In this document: in pieces, positions 48,092-56,291 of the stretch
How positions within the stretch are numbered: the first letter of the stretch is position 1
Layout: every line of letters starts with the position of its first letter
From: a virus
Taxonomy: Duplodnaviria; Caudoviricetes
Virus record (IMG/VR): IMGVR_UViG_3300044719_000028
Span: 24,745-88,744 of that record
Reading direction: 5' to 3' (one strand)
Length of the DNA: 64,000 nucleotides
The notes under the pieces: generated by a model
Told to the model about the DNA's origin: nothing
Databases searched by the model: none
Seen by the model: only the letters and a program-made list of their open reading frames with translations
Made by a program: the position numbers and the translations under genes

Positions 48092-48120
48092 ATCTTACTG
48101 AACTGTTGAGTTGCTGTCAA
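48092..48120 (-). promoter_or_regulatory. Sigma70 promoter for gene 48037
   Basis: TTGACA-17bp-TAAGAT. Confidence 0.7.
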
Positions 48121-48128
48121 GCGATTAT

Positions 48129-49118
48129 TTAGCCAGTGTAATTTTCACCTTCAATCGTCTTGCGGTACTGTATCCAGCCCTTGAAGTTACCGCTCCACAG
48201 ATTGCCGTTTCGATCCACATGTGTGATTCCCTTTTCCCATGTATCAGGGCTAAGGCGAAGATTTAGACGGCCGCAGATTGACATTGGATTACCTTGTCGT
48301 TTCTGTATAGGCGTTGCCACATGCTCAAACGCAGAAGCATGCTTTTTATCACTACCAAGAAGCCTGCCATAAACTTCTAGTGACTTCTCCAGACCATAAC
48401 CATTGTTGCGATAGGAGACTGCTGCACAGCGTGCGCAAGACACTTTGATGGCTTGCTCAAGAGTGATTTCAGTGCTATACGATTCGTCAAGATAATAGTG
48501 CTGATTGTTCAAAGCCCAATCTTTGGTGATGTAAGGCAAATGATATTGCCCCGCTTTTAATTCAACCGGATTACTCTGCTCATACGAATCTTTCATACAA
48601 CGTGCAAGTTCAGCAATCGACGGATCAGCAGCCTCGTCATCTCGCAGCCAGAAAAAATTGGCAACTTCTGTAGCAGTGATGATCGTCTTCATCATCTGGA
48701 ACGGCTCTGTCAGGCGTCCTGTAATCTGCTTGTGATAGCCTGCGTCCGAGAGTGTCCGCGCATGCTCCACCGCTGTGTCTAGTGCAGCTTCCCAAACATC
48801 AATTGCACGACCTTTTACAAGGCTACCGTCCCCGCACCGGATCAACATTTCTACTGAGTGATCGTCTCCAGTATCCTGCATACCCGCCTGATTAGCACCA
48901 AATCGCACAGGACGCCCGTTAAGCTGCTCAACCATCTTAGCAAATGGAATGGCACGGCTACTTGCGGCATTGCGCGAGAACATGCGATGCGTCATTAGCT
49001 CAGAGTGGATCAGACGAGGATATTCTACTTCCCATGTCGTCAGCCGCACACCTTGCTCACTGATGCTGTCAGCAATAACACGAGCAACAATGTTAGCTTT
49101 ACCTTTTACTTCAATCAT
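48129..49118 (-). CDS. thyX: Flavin-dependent thymidylate synthase
   Basis: IHSELMTHRMFSRNAASSRAIP, a ThyX RHRxxSxxxxSxR-type motif, and HASAFEH. Confidence 0.85.
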   Translation of the reverse strand: MIEVKGKANIVARVIADSISEQGVRLTTWEVEYPRLIHSELMTHRMFSRNAASSRAIPFAKMVEQLNGRPVRFGANQAGMQDTGDDHSVEMLIRCGDGSLVKGRAIDVWEAALDTAVEHARTLSDAGYHKQITGRLTEPFQMMKTIITATEVANFFWLRDDEAADPSIAELARCMKDSYEQSNPVELKAGQYHLPYITKDWALNNQHYYLDESYSTEITLEQAIKVSCARCAAVSYRNNGYGLEKSLEVYGRLLGSDKKHASAFEHVATPIQKRQGNPMSICGRLNLRLSPDTWEKGITHVDRNGNLWSGNFKGWIQYRKTIEGENYTG

Positions 49119-49429
49119 TCTACAACCTCCACATCAGTCCACTCTTCAGTTTCTTTCCAAACTACATTTACAACCCTACCATTCTTACGTTTATAGTCCA
49201 CGCTAAACACGTTTGAGATTGCTCCAAGACCTTCAATAAAACTATCCTCACCCTGCGCAAGCTGTCGTGCAGCAAACTTGAACAGGTCTGCATACTTCTG
49301 CTCAAGCGTAATACCATCCAATTCAAACATGTACGACTCAAACTCCTTGACAAATTCTGGAGTAAGAATGCTGTCGTCAATGTCGATGTCGTACTCTTTT
49401 TCGATTTGTACTCGCAAGATTTTCTTCAT
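49115..49429 (-). CDS. Hypothetical acidic protein
   Basis: 104 aa, coupled to its neighbours. Confidence 0.6.
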   Translation of the reverse strand: MKKILRVQIEKEYDIDIDDSILTPEFVKEFESYMFELDGITLEQKYADLFKFAARQLAQGEDSFIEGLGAISNVFSVDYKRKNGRVVNVVWKETEEWTDVEVVE

Positions 49430-49432
49430 TTC

Positions 49433-49783
49433 TCACCAATCATATTTAAACGAATACAGATTCTTCGACAGAACATCTTCCTTGAACGCTACAACATCAA
49501 TCTTAGACGGATCAATTTCGCTGATAACGTCAAGAATGTACTCGACATCTACAGTCTGATAACGTTCAGCATAAACAGGTCCATCGTACCCAACAAAATC
49601 TTTTGGAAGCCCTTTAAATCGTTGTATCCACGGGCTACTGCCTTGCAAATTATCAGGAGCATTCATAAACACTTCCCATCGCTCATCAAGCGGAATCGAC
49701 TTGTCTGCAATGTAAGCTGCAAACTCACTTTTGATTGCCTCAATTTGTTTGTTGAGGTCTTCTACTCGCTCTTTGAAGTTCAT
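49433..49783 (-). CDS. Hypothetical protein, possible partner of the NTase module
   Basis: 116 aa, DKSIPLDERWEVF...FKYDW. Confidence 0.65.
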   Translation of the reverse strand: MNFKERVEDLNKQIEAIKSEFAAYIADKSIPLDERWEVFMNAPDNLQGSSPWIQRFKGLPKDFVGYDGPVYAERYQTVDVEYILDVISEIDPSKIDVVAFKEDVLSKNLYSFKYDW

Positions 49784-49941
49784 TGCACCTTCTCCTCAAT
49801 CCACTTGAAAGACATCTCTCCAAGATCAAATCCGCACTTAGCATACAGGAAAAGCCAATATACAACAAAGCCGAGAATTACAAATGGCAGTAGAGGAATC
49901 AGGAACAATCCACCTACGACGTAGCGCTTTTCAATTTTCAT
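49780..49941 (-). CDS. Small membrane protein
   Basis: One long hydrophobic helix. Confidence 0.5.
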   Translation of the reverse strand: MKIEKRYVVGGLFLIPLLPFVILGFVVYWLFLYAKCGFDLGEMSFKWIEEKVQ

Positions 49942-50153
49942 TTCACATCTTCCTCGTGACACCTATAAACTTCAGTAAGATCAACAAGCTGATAACGAAT
50001 TTGATCGTCAAACCGTACAAACTCCCTACCATATCCATTGTTAGCGTTTGCCCAAGCATTCTTGGCATTACCCGGCTTGGTCCATGCACATTTGGAGTTG
50101 TAGGCAATGAATTCGTTAGTTTCTGTGTCAATAATTGCGTAGATTTTTGTCAT
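49938..50153 (-). CDS. Hypothetical protein
   Basis: 71 aa, coupled to its neighbours. Confidence 0.55.
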   Translation of the reverse strand: MTKIYAIIDTETNEFIAYNSKCAWTKPGNAKNAWANANNGYGREFVRFDDQIRYQLVDLTEVYRCHEEDVK

Positions 50154-50794
50154 TGTTTATCCTTGTAAGACTGCCATACCGTTGTTGGAGAACCCTCTTC
50201 AAAATGCCTTTCAGTGTATCCGAAGCCTTTTTCATTCAACTCAAGAATTTTATTAATTCTAAATTCTTTAGCCATTTCCATTGCTCTTTCCTCACCAAAC
50301 TTATCAATTGAAAATCGCCTACAGCGGGTCTTTCCACCTTCGTACCATGATGCTGTTGCGTATCGATTTCCTGCCCTACCGTTATCGGTTATCGAAATCC
50401 CAGCCATGCCGTGTTTGTTGTGAGAACAAATTCCACGATTCCTTTTGTTGACAATCATTGGAACACATCTGAGGTTGTCAATTTTGTTGTTACTACTGTC
50501 CCCGTCTATGTGGTCAATCTGAAAACCATTTGGGATAGTAAAGTTGTGCATCTCCCATACTATCCTATGTGCCATCACGCCCTTATATTTCTGCCCGATT
50601 TTTATATTCACTCGCCAGTAACGCTGTCGCAAGCCTACGCAAAACGAACCCGCAGGCTTGCCGTCCTTTGGTTTCTTTCTGCTTTTAGTAGGTCTGCTTG
50701 GATTCCACCTCAAACAACTTGGAGATGTTTCGTCATAGATAAAAGTCTTACTCCATTCCGAACTTTCTAACCTTACCTGTCTTAATTCCGTCAT
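50150..50794 (-). CDS. HNH homing endonuclease with an AP2-like domain
   Basis: MAHRIVWEMHN...IDHIDGDSSNNKIDNLR. Confidence 0.85.
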   Translation of the reverse strand: MTELRQVRLESSEWSKTFIYDETSPSCLRWNPSRPTKSRKKPKDGKPAGSFCVGLRQRYWRVNIKIGQKYKGVMAHRIVWEMHNFTIPNGFQIDHIDGDSSNNKIDNLRCVPMIVNKRNRGICSHNKHGMAGISITDNGRAGNRYATASWYEGGKTRCRRFSIDKFGEERAMEMAKEFRINKILELNEKGFGYTERHFEEGSPTTVWQSYKDKQ

Positions 50795-51665
50795 ACACCC
50801 TTTCCATATAATTCTTTCCTATTTGTTCATACAAATCTTGTACCTTGTAGTAGTTGTCATACGCATAGCTTCTGAACCTCCCGCTTGTAATGGATGTGCA
50901 AACTTTGGATAGTGCCATATCAAAACTCCACTTAGGGTCGATTTTCTTATCGGGGAATGCTAGCTGCGACCTCTCTGCTGCGAGAACAAGTGACTCCTCT
51001 AATACAGCTAGAAGCTTGGTGTTTTCAGGAAGCGTTTCAAATACGTCCATATCGCTCCAAACCTCTCCACCTGAAAAATATTGGTACGCAGGTTTGTCAA
51101 GGTGGGCCAAAACAAGGTGCAGATCGTCGTGCTGCCATTCGTACTTAACTTCCGCAGGATTGAAAAATTCTTCTTTCGTACGGTTCAGTTTAGGAAGTTG
51201 GTTTTGATACGTTTCTTTCTCACGTTGCTGGAAGAATTCCATGTGCTCATCGCGCAGCTTAGCACCACACACATCACGCATAAAAATGATGTCGTCCATA
51301 GTCTTTTTGAAAAACGGACTATCTTTTTTATATTTGTGACTAAGCTTCAACAAATACAACACATCCAACGAAGGCACAACAGAGCCGCCACACGAAGCGA
51401 TGTTATCCGGCTGCGACATCACAAACTCAACAAGACGCTCAGCCATACTGTCAGGCCAAGCAATCTCAACTTCTACGATGATACCGCTGCGGTCACGCAT
51501 GTAGATCGATTTGCCGCTGTTGATAGGGTAGCATACATCGATTTTGTTACGCTTCCTGAATTCCATTGCCTGTTCGTACGTGCCCACATAATCTTGATCG
51601 GCAATCTTGCGATCAGCAGGCAGTTTTACGTGATGCTGCAACGCGCAGCTACCAATCAAAATCAT
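50748..51665 (-). CDS. Nucleotidyltransferase-like protein with an unknown C-terminal domain
   Basis: N-terminal LIGSCAL...DQD fits the Pol-beta-type hG[GS]x(n)DxD motif. A third carboxylate may lie in VEVE, and LYLLKLSH follows. Confidence 0.55.
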   Translation of the reverse strand: MILIGSCALQHHVKLPADRKIADQDYVGTYEQAMEFRKRNKIDVCYPINSGKSIYMRDRSGIIVEVEIAWPDSMAERLVEFVMSQPDNIASCGGSVVPSLDVLYLLKLSHKYKKDSPFFKKTMDDIIFMRDVCGAKLRDEHMEFFQQREKETYQNQLPKLNRTKEEFFNPAEVKYEWQHDDLHLVLAHLDKPAYQYFSGGEVWSDMDVFETLPENTKLLAVLEESLVLAAERSQLAFPDKKIDPKWSFDMALSKVCTSITSGRFRSYAYDNYYKVQDLYEQIGKNYMERVYDGIKTGKVRKFGME

Positions 51666-51682
51666 GTCAAGGTTCCTTTATA

Positions 51683-52123
51683 TCAGCAATACGAAGTGAG
51701 CCAATCAGAAACTTCAGACTCCATATCTTCCAGTAGCCCCCACAGCTTGCCAACAGCTTCGCTGTCGTTGAGTGCCTCATTTTCAGCTTCGTCAAACTGA
51801 GTCGAATACGGATCGCCGTAAGGAGCATATTCGGCCTGACGGTCGTAATATGGCAGACGATATGTAACACCCGACACTTCACTCACAAAACTTACAGCAG
51901 ACAGCAAATCGTAAGCCTGTGTCGCCACTTCTTCCACATCGCCCTCAAAATCCTCGTCCAGCAACGCTTCAACAAGCTTCTTACCTTCATCAAGCTTCTC
52001 AGCAATGAACTTGGAAGCTCCTTGACGAACCTTGTTACGAGCCTGCTGCATCTCAGCTTGCAAAGCATCGTGCTTAGCCTTCATTTCATTCAGATTTACA
52101 CCATCAATAACGATTTCTTGCAT
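51683..52123 (-). CDS. Acidic protein ending DWLTSYC
   Basis: 146 aa, RBS aaggag. Confidence 0.75.
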   Translation of the reverse strand: MQEIVIDGVNLNEMKAKHDALQAEMQQARNKVRQGASKFIAEKLDEGKKLVEALLDEDFEGDVEEVATQAYDLLSAVSFVSEVSGVTYRLPYYDRQAEYAPYGDPYSTQFDEAENEALNDSEAVGKLWGLLEDMESEVSDWLTSYC

Positions 52124-52145
52124 TCTTATTCTCCTTGTAAGTTAA

Positions 52146-52400
52146 TTAGCACGAGTAGGACGAAGACGCCCAATCCAAATTCAGCATACCAATCTCATCA
52201 ATCAGATCGCTAAACTCGTACTCCAGCTTAACAGTAGCACCACTCCGCTCCGACACATCTTTAATTTCACGCAGCAGAATCTTAATAGCTTCCACTTTCT
52301 CTGCAATGATCTTATTGCCATCACGTACAGAAATCACTTCCTCGCCAGCCTTAGCCAGCAGTTCATCCAGACGTTTCTTGCTAATAGTTACCGTGCTCAT
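52146..52400 (-). CDS. Protein ending DWASSSYSC
   Basis: 84 aa, RBS aaggag. Confidence 0.75.
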   Translation of the reverse strand: MSTVTISKKRLDELLAKAGEEVISVRDGNKIIAEKVEAIKILLREIKDVSERSGATVKLEYEFSDLIDEIGMLNLDWASSSYSC

Positions 52401-52422
52401 ATTTTCTCCTTGTTAAAATTGT

Positions 52423-52650
52423 TTAGCAGCTTTGTGAAGACGGGTTCCAGCCTTGATAATCCGACCAAACACGAACTTCTCCGGTAGGATCATAGTAACC
52501 GCCAAGACCACGTTCTGCTGTACCCTCTCCACCATATGGCAATTCAAAGATGATTTCGTTTTCGTCAGCGATAGCAACACATTCGTTAAAAAGTTTGTGC
52601 AACTCTTCGCACTTCTCTGCTAGTAGCTTTACAGCTTCTTCTTTTGTCAT
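52423..52650 (-). CDS. Acidic protein ending GWNPSSQSC
   Basis: 75 aa, RBS aaggag. Confidence 0.75.
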   Translation of the reverse strand: MTKEEAVKLLAEKCEELHKLFNECVAIADENEIIFELPYGGEGTAERGLGGYYDPTGEVRVWSDYQGWNPSSQSC

Positions 52651-52670
52651 TGTATATCTCCTTAGTTAAG

Positions 52671-52991
52671 TTACCAGATTTTAACTGTGTGTACAACACG
52701 ACAGCAGGTTTCCATACCAAACATCTCAGTCCATGCTTCGGCTGCGTCAATAACATTATCACTGAACACACCCGGCACATCAGATGATTCAACGGTGAAG
52801 CCTACGAACCAATCTTCTCCGCTGTAACAATCGAGACATTGCACTTCCAAACCTTGTTGGGTTTCTCCGTCAAATAACGGTTCGATCCAGCTTTCATCTA
52901 CTGCAAGATTTTCTAGCAGAAACTGCTTTACTTTTTCTTTGCTACACATCCTGCGACCAATGCCCAAAAACGCATCGTAGTCCACACCCAT
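52671..52991 (-). CDS. Hypothetical acidic protein (MGVDYDAFLGIG)
   Basis: RBS ggagg, leads the Cys-tail cluster. Confidence 0.65.
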   Translation of the reverse strand: MGVDYDAFLGIGRRMCSKEKVKQFLLENLAVDESWIEPLFDGETQQGLEVQCLDCYSGEDWFVGFTVESSDVPGVFSDNVIDAAEAWTEMFGMETCCRVVHTVKIW

Positions 52992-52999
52992 AACCCCTC

Positions 53000-53398
53000 C
53001 TAACAATAAAATTTCAATCTCTCTTCCCTGTGCACCAGATGCTTCTTCCTAGCCCAACTTGGCTGTTGTCCGCTATGAAACCATTCTGCACAATTTCTCA
53101 ACACGGGGGCCATTCTAGCGACACTTCGGAAATCTTGCAATCCCCTTGGGGTAACTTTCATAGCAATGTTACGGCGATACCATGAGAACTGATGTTTTTC
53201 TGCAACAACAGCACGACAACTCTTGTGCTTCTTACGCATTCTGTGTTGCAGAACGTCTAGTACAGCACGCTTGCTGCGTTTGCTTTCAGAGCCAGCTTCA
53301 CGCATGATTGTGTAGGCCTTGCAAACGTCTTCAGATTGTTTAGCTTGTGCACCGCTTGCCAGCATCATCAAGAGCAGCAATGCTGGAGTTGCACTCAA
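53000..53398 (-). CDS. SleB-like cell wall hydrolase with a signal peptide
   Basis: TIMREAGSE...AVLDVLQHR...VV.EKHQFSWY, the Hydrolase_2 pattern. TTG start after RBS ggagg. Confidence 0.72.
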   Translation of the reverse strand: MSATPALLLLMMLASGAQAKQSEDVCKAYTIMREAGSESKRSKRAVLDVLQHRMRKKHKSCRAVVAEKHQFSWYRRNIAMKVTPRGLQDFRSVARMAPVLRNCAEWFHSGQQPSWARKKHLVHREERLKFYC

Positions 53399-53664
53399 GA
53401 CAACTCCTCCATAAGTTCCTTCGCCGTATAATCTGGCAAGTCTGCCCTCGCAAAATCCCACTCCGTACCCCAAGCAAAATACCATTCTAAATTGTTGGGG
53501 TTCTGCACAACAAACAAGAAGTCTCCACGTCGTCGTGTGTTGAACGTTTTAAACTCTCCGTTGCGACTCCAACGAACACCGTAACGCTCGTTGAGGAACA
53601 GTTGCAGCTTACGATTCCACCACCAGTTTTCACAGGCAATTTTGCAGGGTTTGAGAGGTGTCAT
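53395..53664 (-). CDS. Hypothetical Trp-rich protein
   Basis: 89 aa, coupled to its neighbours. Confidence 0.55.
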   Translation of the reverse strand: MTPLKPCKIACENWWWNRKLQLFLNERYGVRWSRNGEFKTFNTRRRGDFLFVVQNPNNLEWYFAWGTEWDFARADLPDYTAKELMEELS

Positions 53665-53909
53665 GAGATATCCTTCACAATTGACATCACAAGACCCTCA
53701 AACAAAGCTTTTTGCCCAAGATAGATATGAGGTCCAAAGTCTTGCATCAACGACCAAAGCTGCGTACGAAGAGTGTCACCGGCTTTGTACTCTTTAACAG
53801 TTAAATCGTAGCGTTGAACGAGTGGATACCATCTGTCATTGTAAATTTCAGCACCTTCCTTCGTCAGCACAACTTCTACAGTTTCGTTAAGATTGATTTC
53901 AAGTTTCAC
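53661..53909 (-). CDS. Hypothetical protein
   Basis: 82 aa. Confidence 0.6.
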   Translation of the reverse strand: MKLEINLNETVEVVLTKEGAEIYNDRWYPLVQRYDLTVKEYKAGDTLRTQLWSLMQDFGPHIYLGQKALFEGLVMSIVKDIS

Positions 53910-54062
53910 TTTTCTTCCTCACGAACTCCATAGCAGCTTCCCACCCGTCTTTAAAGTAGTCTATTGCAATAAACCGTTGAATACCTTCAAGATCATCATC
54001 ATTCACCAACTTTGTTATGGCTTCGTTAGCTACCCAATCTTCTTCAGTGTCACCGCAGTAGT

Positions 54063-54335
54063 TCATCCTACTTTCTCCATCAAATTCATGATATCGTTGT
54101 AGTCGCCTCGCAATTCCTTAGGGACAGGTGTCAGCACATATTCTGACAAAGGCCAACGATTGACGATGTAGTTACGATCTTTTGCAAGAACTTCATCACC
54201 ACGAATTTCAAAATTCCACGCTCCGTTCTCTACCCAACCACTTTTCAGTGTGCCATCGTTGTTGAACTTCACATCAGAGAGTAAGAGTTCGTAAGATTTT
54301 ACTCCGTCACGCAACTCATAATACATGTACATCAT
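54063..54335 (-). CDS. Hypothetical protein
   Basis: About 90 aa, coupled to its neighbours. Confidence 0.55.
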   Translation of the reverse strand: MMYMYYELRDGVKSYELLLSDVKFNNDGTLKSGWVENGAWNFEIRGDEVLAKDRNYIVNRWPLSEYVLTPVPKELRGDYNDIMNLMEKVG

Positions 54336-54577
54336 CGATCACAGTCCTCCACGTTGATACCAAGTTCTTGTTTAGCTTTCTCAGACACCGACCTTTGATC
54401 GTCTACACAAGACTTCACATAGAATTTCTCCATGTCCTCGTGCGCAATGATACTAAATAGCGAGTATTCGGCCTCATTAGGAATGTCTGCACTTCCAGAA
54501 CGCTCTGCTATACTTAATAAGTCGGCATAGTCAAAGTCCCGACACCAGCAGTAATTCATCAGTTCAAACTTGGTCAT
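54332..54577 (-). CDS. Hypothetical protein
   Basis: 81 aa, RBS ggagg. Confidence 0.6.
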   Translation of the reverse strand: MTKFELMNYCWCRDFDYADLLSIAERSGSADIPNEAEYSLFSIIAHEDMEKFYVKSCVDDQRSVSEKAKQELGINVEDCDR

Positions 54578-54879
54578 ACCTCCTCCTCCACAATGTTCTT
54601 AGGCTTCATCAAGTCGTTCATCTTCTCGTTGAGCCAGCTTTGAAGTTGTCCGGGGAAGCGTTTAAGCTTAAGATTGACATGTTTAACACAAATACCATGT
54701 TTGGCGTCCTTCGTGCTCGCAAGATAACCTTCGTATGACATATGGACTCCCTCCAGATCTACACATTCTCGCTTGGCAATACCTGCTTCGATGGTGCACT
54801 CTACGCCAACATAACTTTCATGAATCGTACCATCACCTTGCACAATGATGCACACACTACCAACTGGATACTCTCTCAC
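54574..54879 (-). CDS. Hypothetical protein, first gene of the long minus-strand unit
   Basis: 101 aa, RBS aggagg. Confidence 0.6.
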   Translation of the reverse strand: MREYPVGSVCIIVQGDGTIHESYVGVECTIEAGIAKRECVDLEGVHMSYEGYLASTKDAKHGICVKHVNLKLKRFPGQLQSWLNEKMNDLMKPKNIVEEEV

Positions 54880-54972
54880 AACATCCTCCTAAATTTGTTC
54901 AGAGCCACCAATGTACAACAATTTTCTTTTCAGTGCAAGCGATTCTTACGAATTCTTACGTGCACAAGACGC

Positions 54973-55001
54973 TTGACATGATGTGCAAGAAGCTGTACCA
55001 T
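54973..55001 (+). promoter_or_regulatory. Sigma70 promoter at the strand switch
   Basis: TTGACA-17bp-TACCAT. Confidence 0.65.
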
Positions 55002-55030
55002 ACAACTTTCAACAATCTTAGGAGGGAAAT

Positions 55031-55720
55031 ATGAAAGGTGGCACCACTAGCGTGATGCGTGTACGTGTAACGAGGGCAACAGATGACAACTGGTACAAAG
55101 TGGGCGAAGTGCATGAGGTTGAAAGTAAGACGATTCACCGAGGAGGGGTTGATTACTACCCTCTGGTGGAAGATCGCAACGTAGGGGTCGGGCCAGAGCA
55201 CTGTGAAATTATTGACGAGCAACCTAAAGCTGAACTGACGTTCCCGTTCAAGGTGAGGTGCATTAACGCCGACAGTTGGGAGGGCACTTTAGAGTTTGGT
55301 GAAGTTTACACTGCCACTGGAGAGAATGGTCCGACTGACTACTTCATCGATGATAAGGGGTCGTTTATGAAATTGCGTTTTGAAATCGTCAAGGAAGAAC
55401 CTGTGCATCATCCTCCGCTTACTGAGCAGAATGTAAAGGAAGAATATACAGGAGGTAGCGTAAGTTACTACAGCGTCCCCATCGATCATCCTACCGATCC
55501 TGAGAAAGACCCTTACGTTGCAGAGTGTAACGACGTTGTTGAGAATCTTGACATGTCCTTTGCGGCTGGCAATATTCTTAAAGCAATTTGGAGGTACTCC
55601 GCCGCTAAGAAGTTTGGAGCCAAGAAAAAAGGCTACGACGATCCGAAATACGATCTTGAAAAAATTATCTTCTTTGCTCAACGTTTGATCGAAATGGAGA
55701 AGAATAAGGATGGGAAATAG
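55031..55720 (+). CDS. Protein with a C-terminal DUF3310/SaV-like domain
   Basis: GGSVSYY...ECNDVVENLDMSFAAGNILKAIWR...DLEKIIFFAQR. Confidence 0.65.
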   Translation: MKGGTTSVMRVRVTRATDDNWYKVGEVHEVESKTIHRGGVDYYPLVEDRNVGVGPEHCEIIDEQPKAELTFPFKVRCINADSWEGTLEFGEVYTATGENGPTDYFIDDKGSFMKLRFEIVKEEPVHHPPLTEQNVKEEYTGGSVSYYSVPIDHPTDPEKDPYVAECNDVVENLDMSFAAGNILKAIWRYSAAKKFGAKKKGYDDPKYDLEKIIFFAQRLIEMEKNKDGK

Positions 55721-56291
55721 AAAGTACGGCACTTTGGGTGTGGGAAGGCATACAAGTTCAGTAAATGGTGTGCAGACGAAAACGTACACAGTGTGGTCAG
55801 ACCTTGTAGCAAGGTGCTGCTCGGATGAGTGGAAAACTAGGCGTCCTGAGCACCTGCACACTGATATGTGTACAGACTGGCTTGATTTTCAAGTATTCGC
55901 AGAATGGTACGAGACACAACCTTGTTTCGGACTATTCAATGCACAGATTGATAAAGACCTCCTAGGGAAGTCTAGCAGAATGTATGCTCCAAGCACAACG
56001 TGCCTTTTACCTCGTGTAATCAATAATGTGCTCAAGACGTGCTCAAAGCAGCGCGGCACCCTTCCTATAGGAGTAACGTACAAAGGTCAAATCAAACCAT
56101 ATCGCGCGTGCTTGTCGATACACGGCAAAACAGTGTGCTTTGGATCATATAGCACTACTGAAGAGGCGTTTGCGGCATATAAACAAGGTAAGGAAGATTA
56201 CGTTAAAACCCTTGCGTTACAGTTCAGGGAATTTTTGCCAAACAACGCTTTTGACGCTTTGATGAATTTTTCTGTATCTGTTTTAGATTAA
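55710..56291 (+). CDS. His-Me/HNH-like endonuclease with an AP2-like domain, paralogue of 25431
   Basis: WLDFQVFAEW...IDKDLL...Y...TCLLPRVIN and GSYSTTEEAFAAYK. Confidence 0.7.
   Translation: MGNRKYGTLGVGRHTSSVNGVQTKTYTVWSDLVARCCSDEWKTRRPEHLHTDMCTDWLDFQVFAEWYETQPCFGLFNAQIDKDLLGKSSRMYAPSTTCLLPRVINNVLKTCSKQRGTLPIGVTYKGQIKPYRACLSIHGKTVCFGSYSTTEEAFAAYKQGKEDYVKTLALQFREFLPNNAFDALMNFSVSVLD

Noticed and set aside
51683-52650. Calling the Cys-tail genes a glycocin/bacteriocin cluster
   Set aside because: The likeness to glycocin F is only the last few residues. No glycosyltransferase, leader peptide, peptidase or exporter is present.
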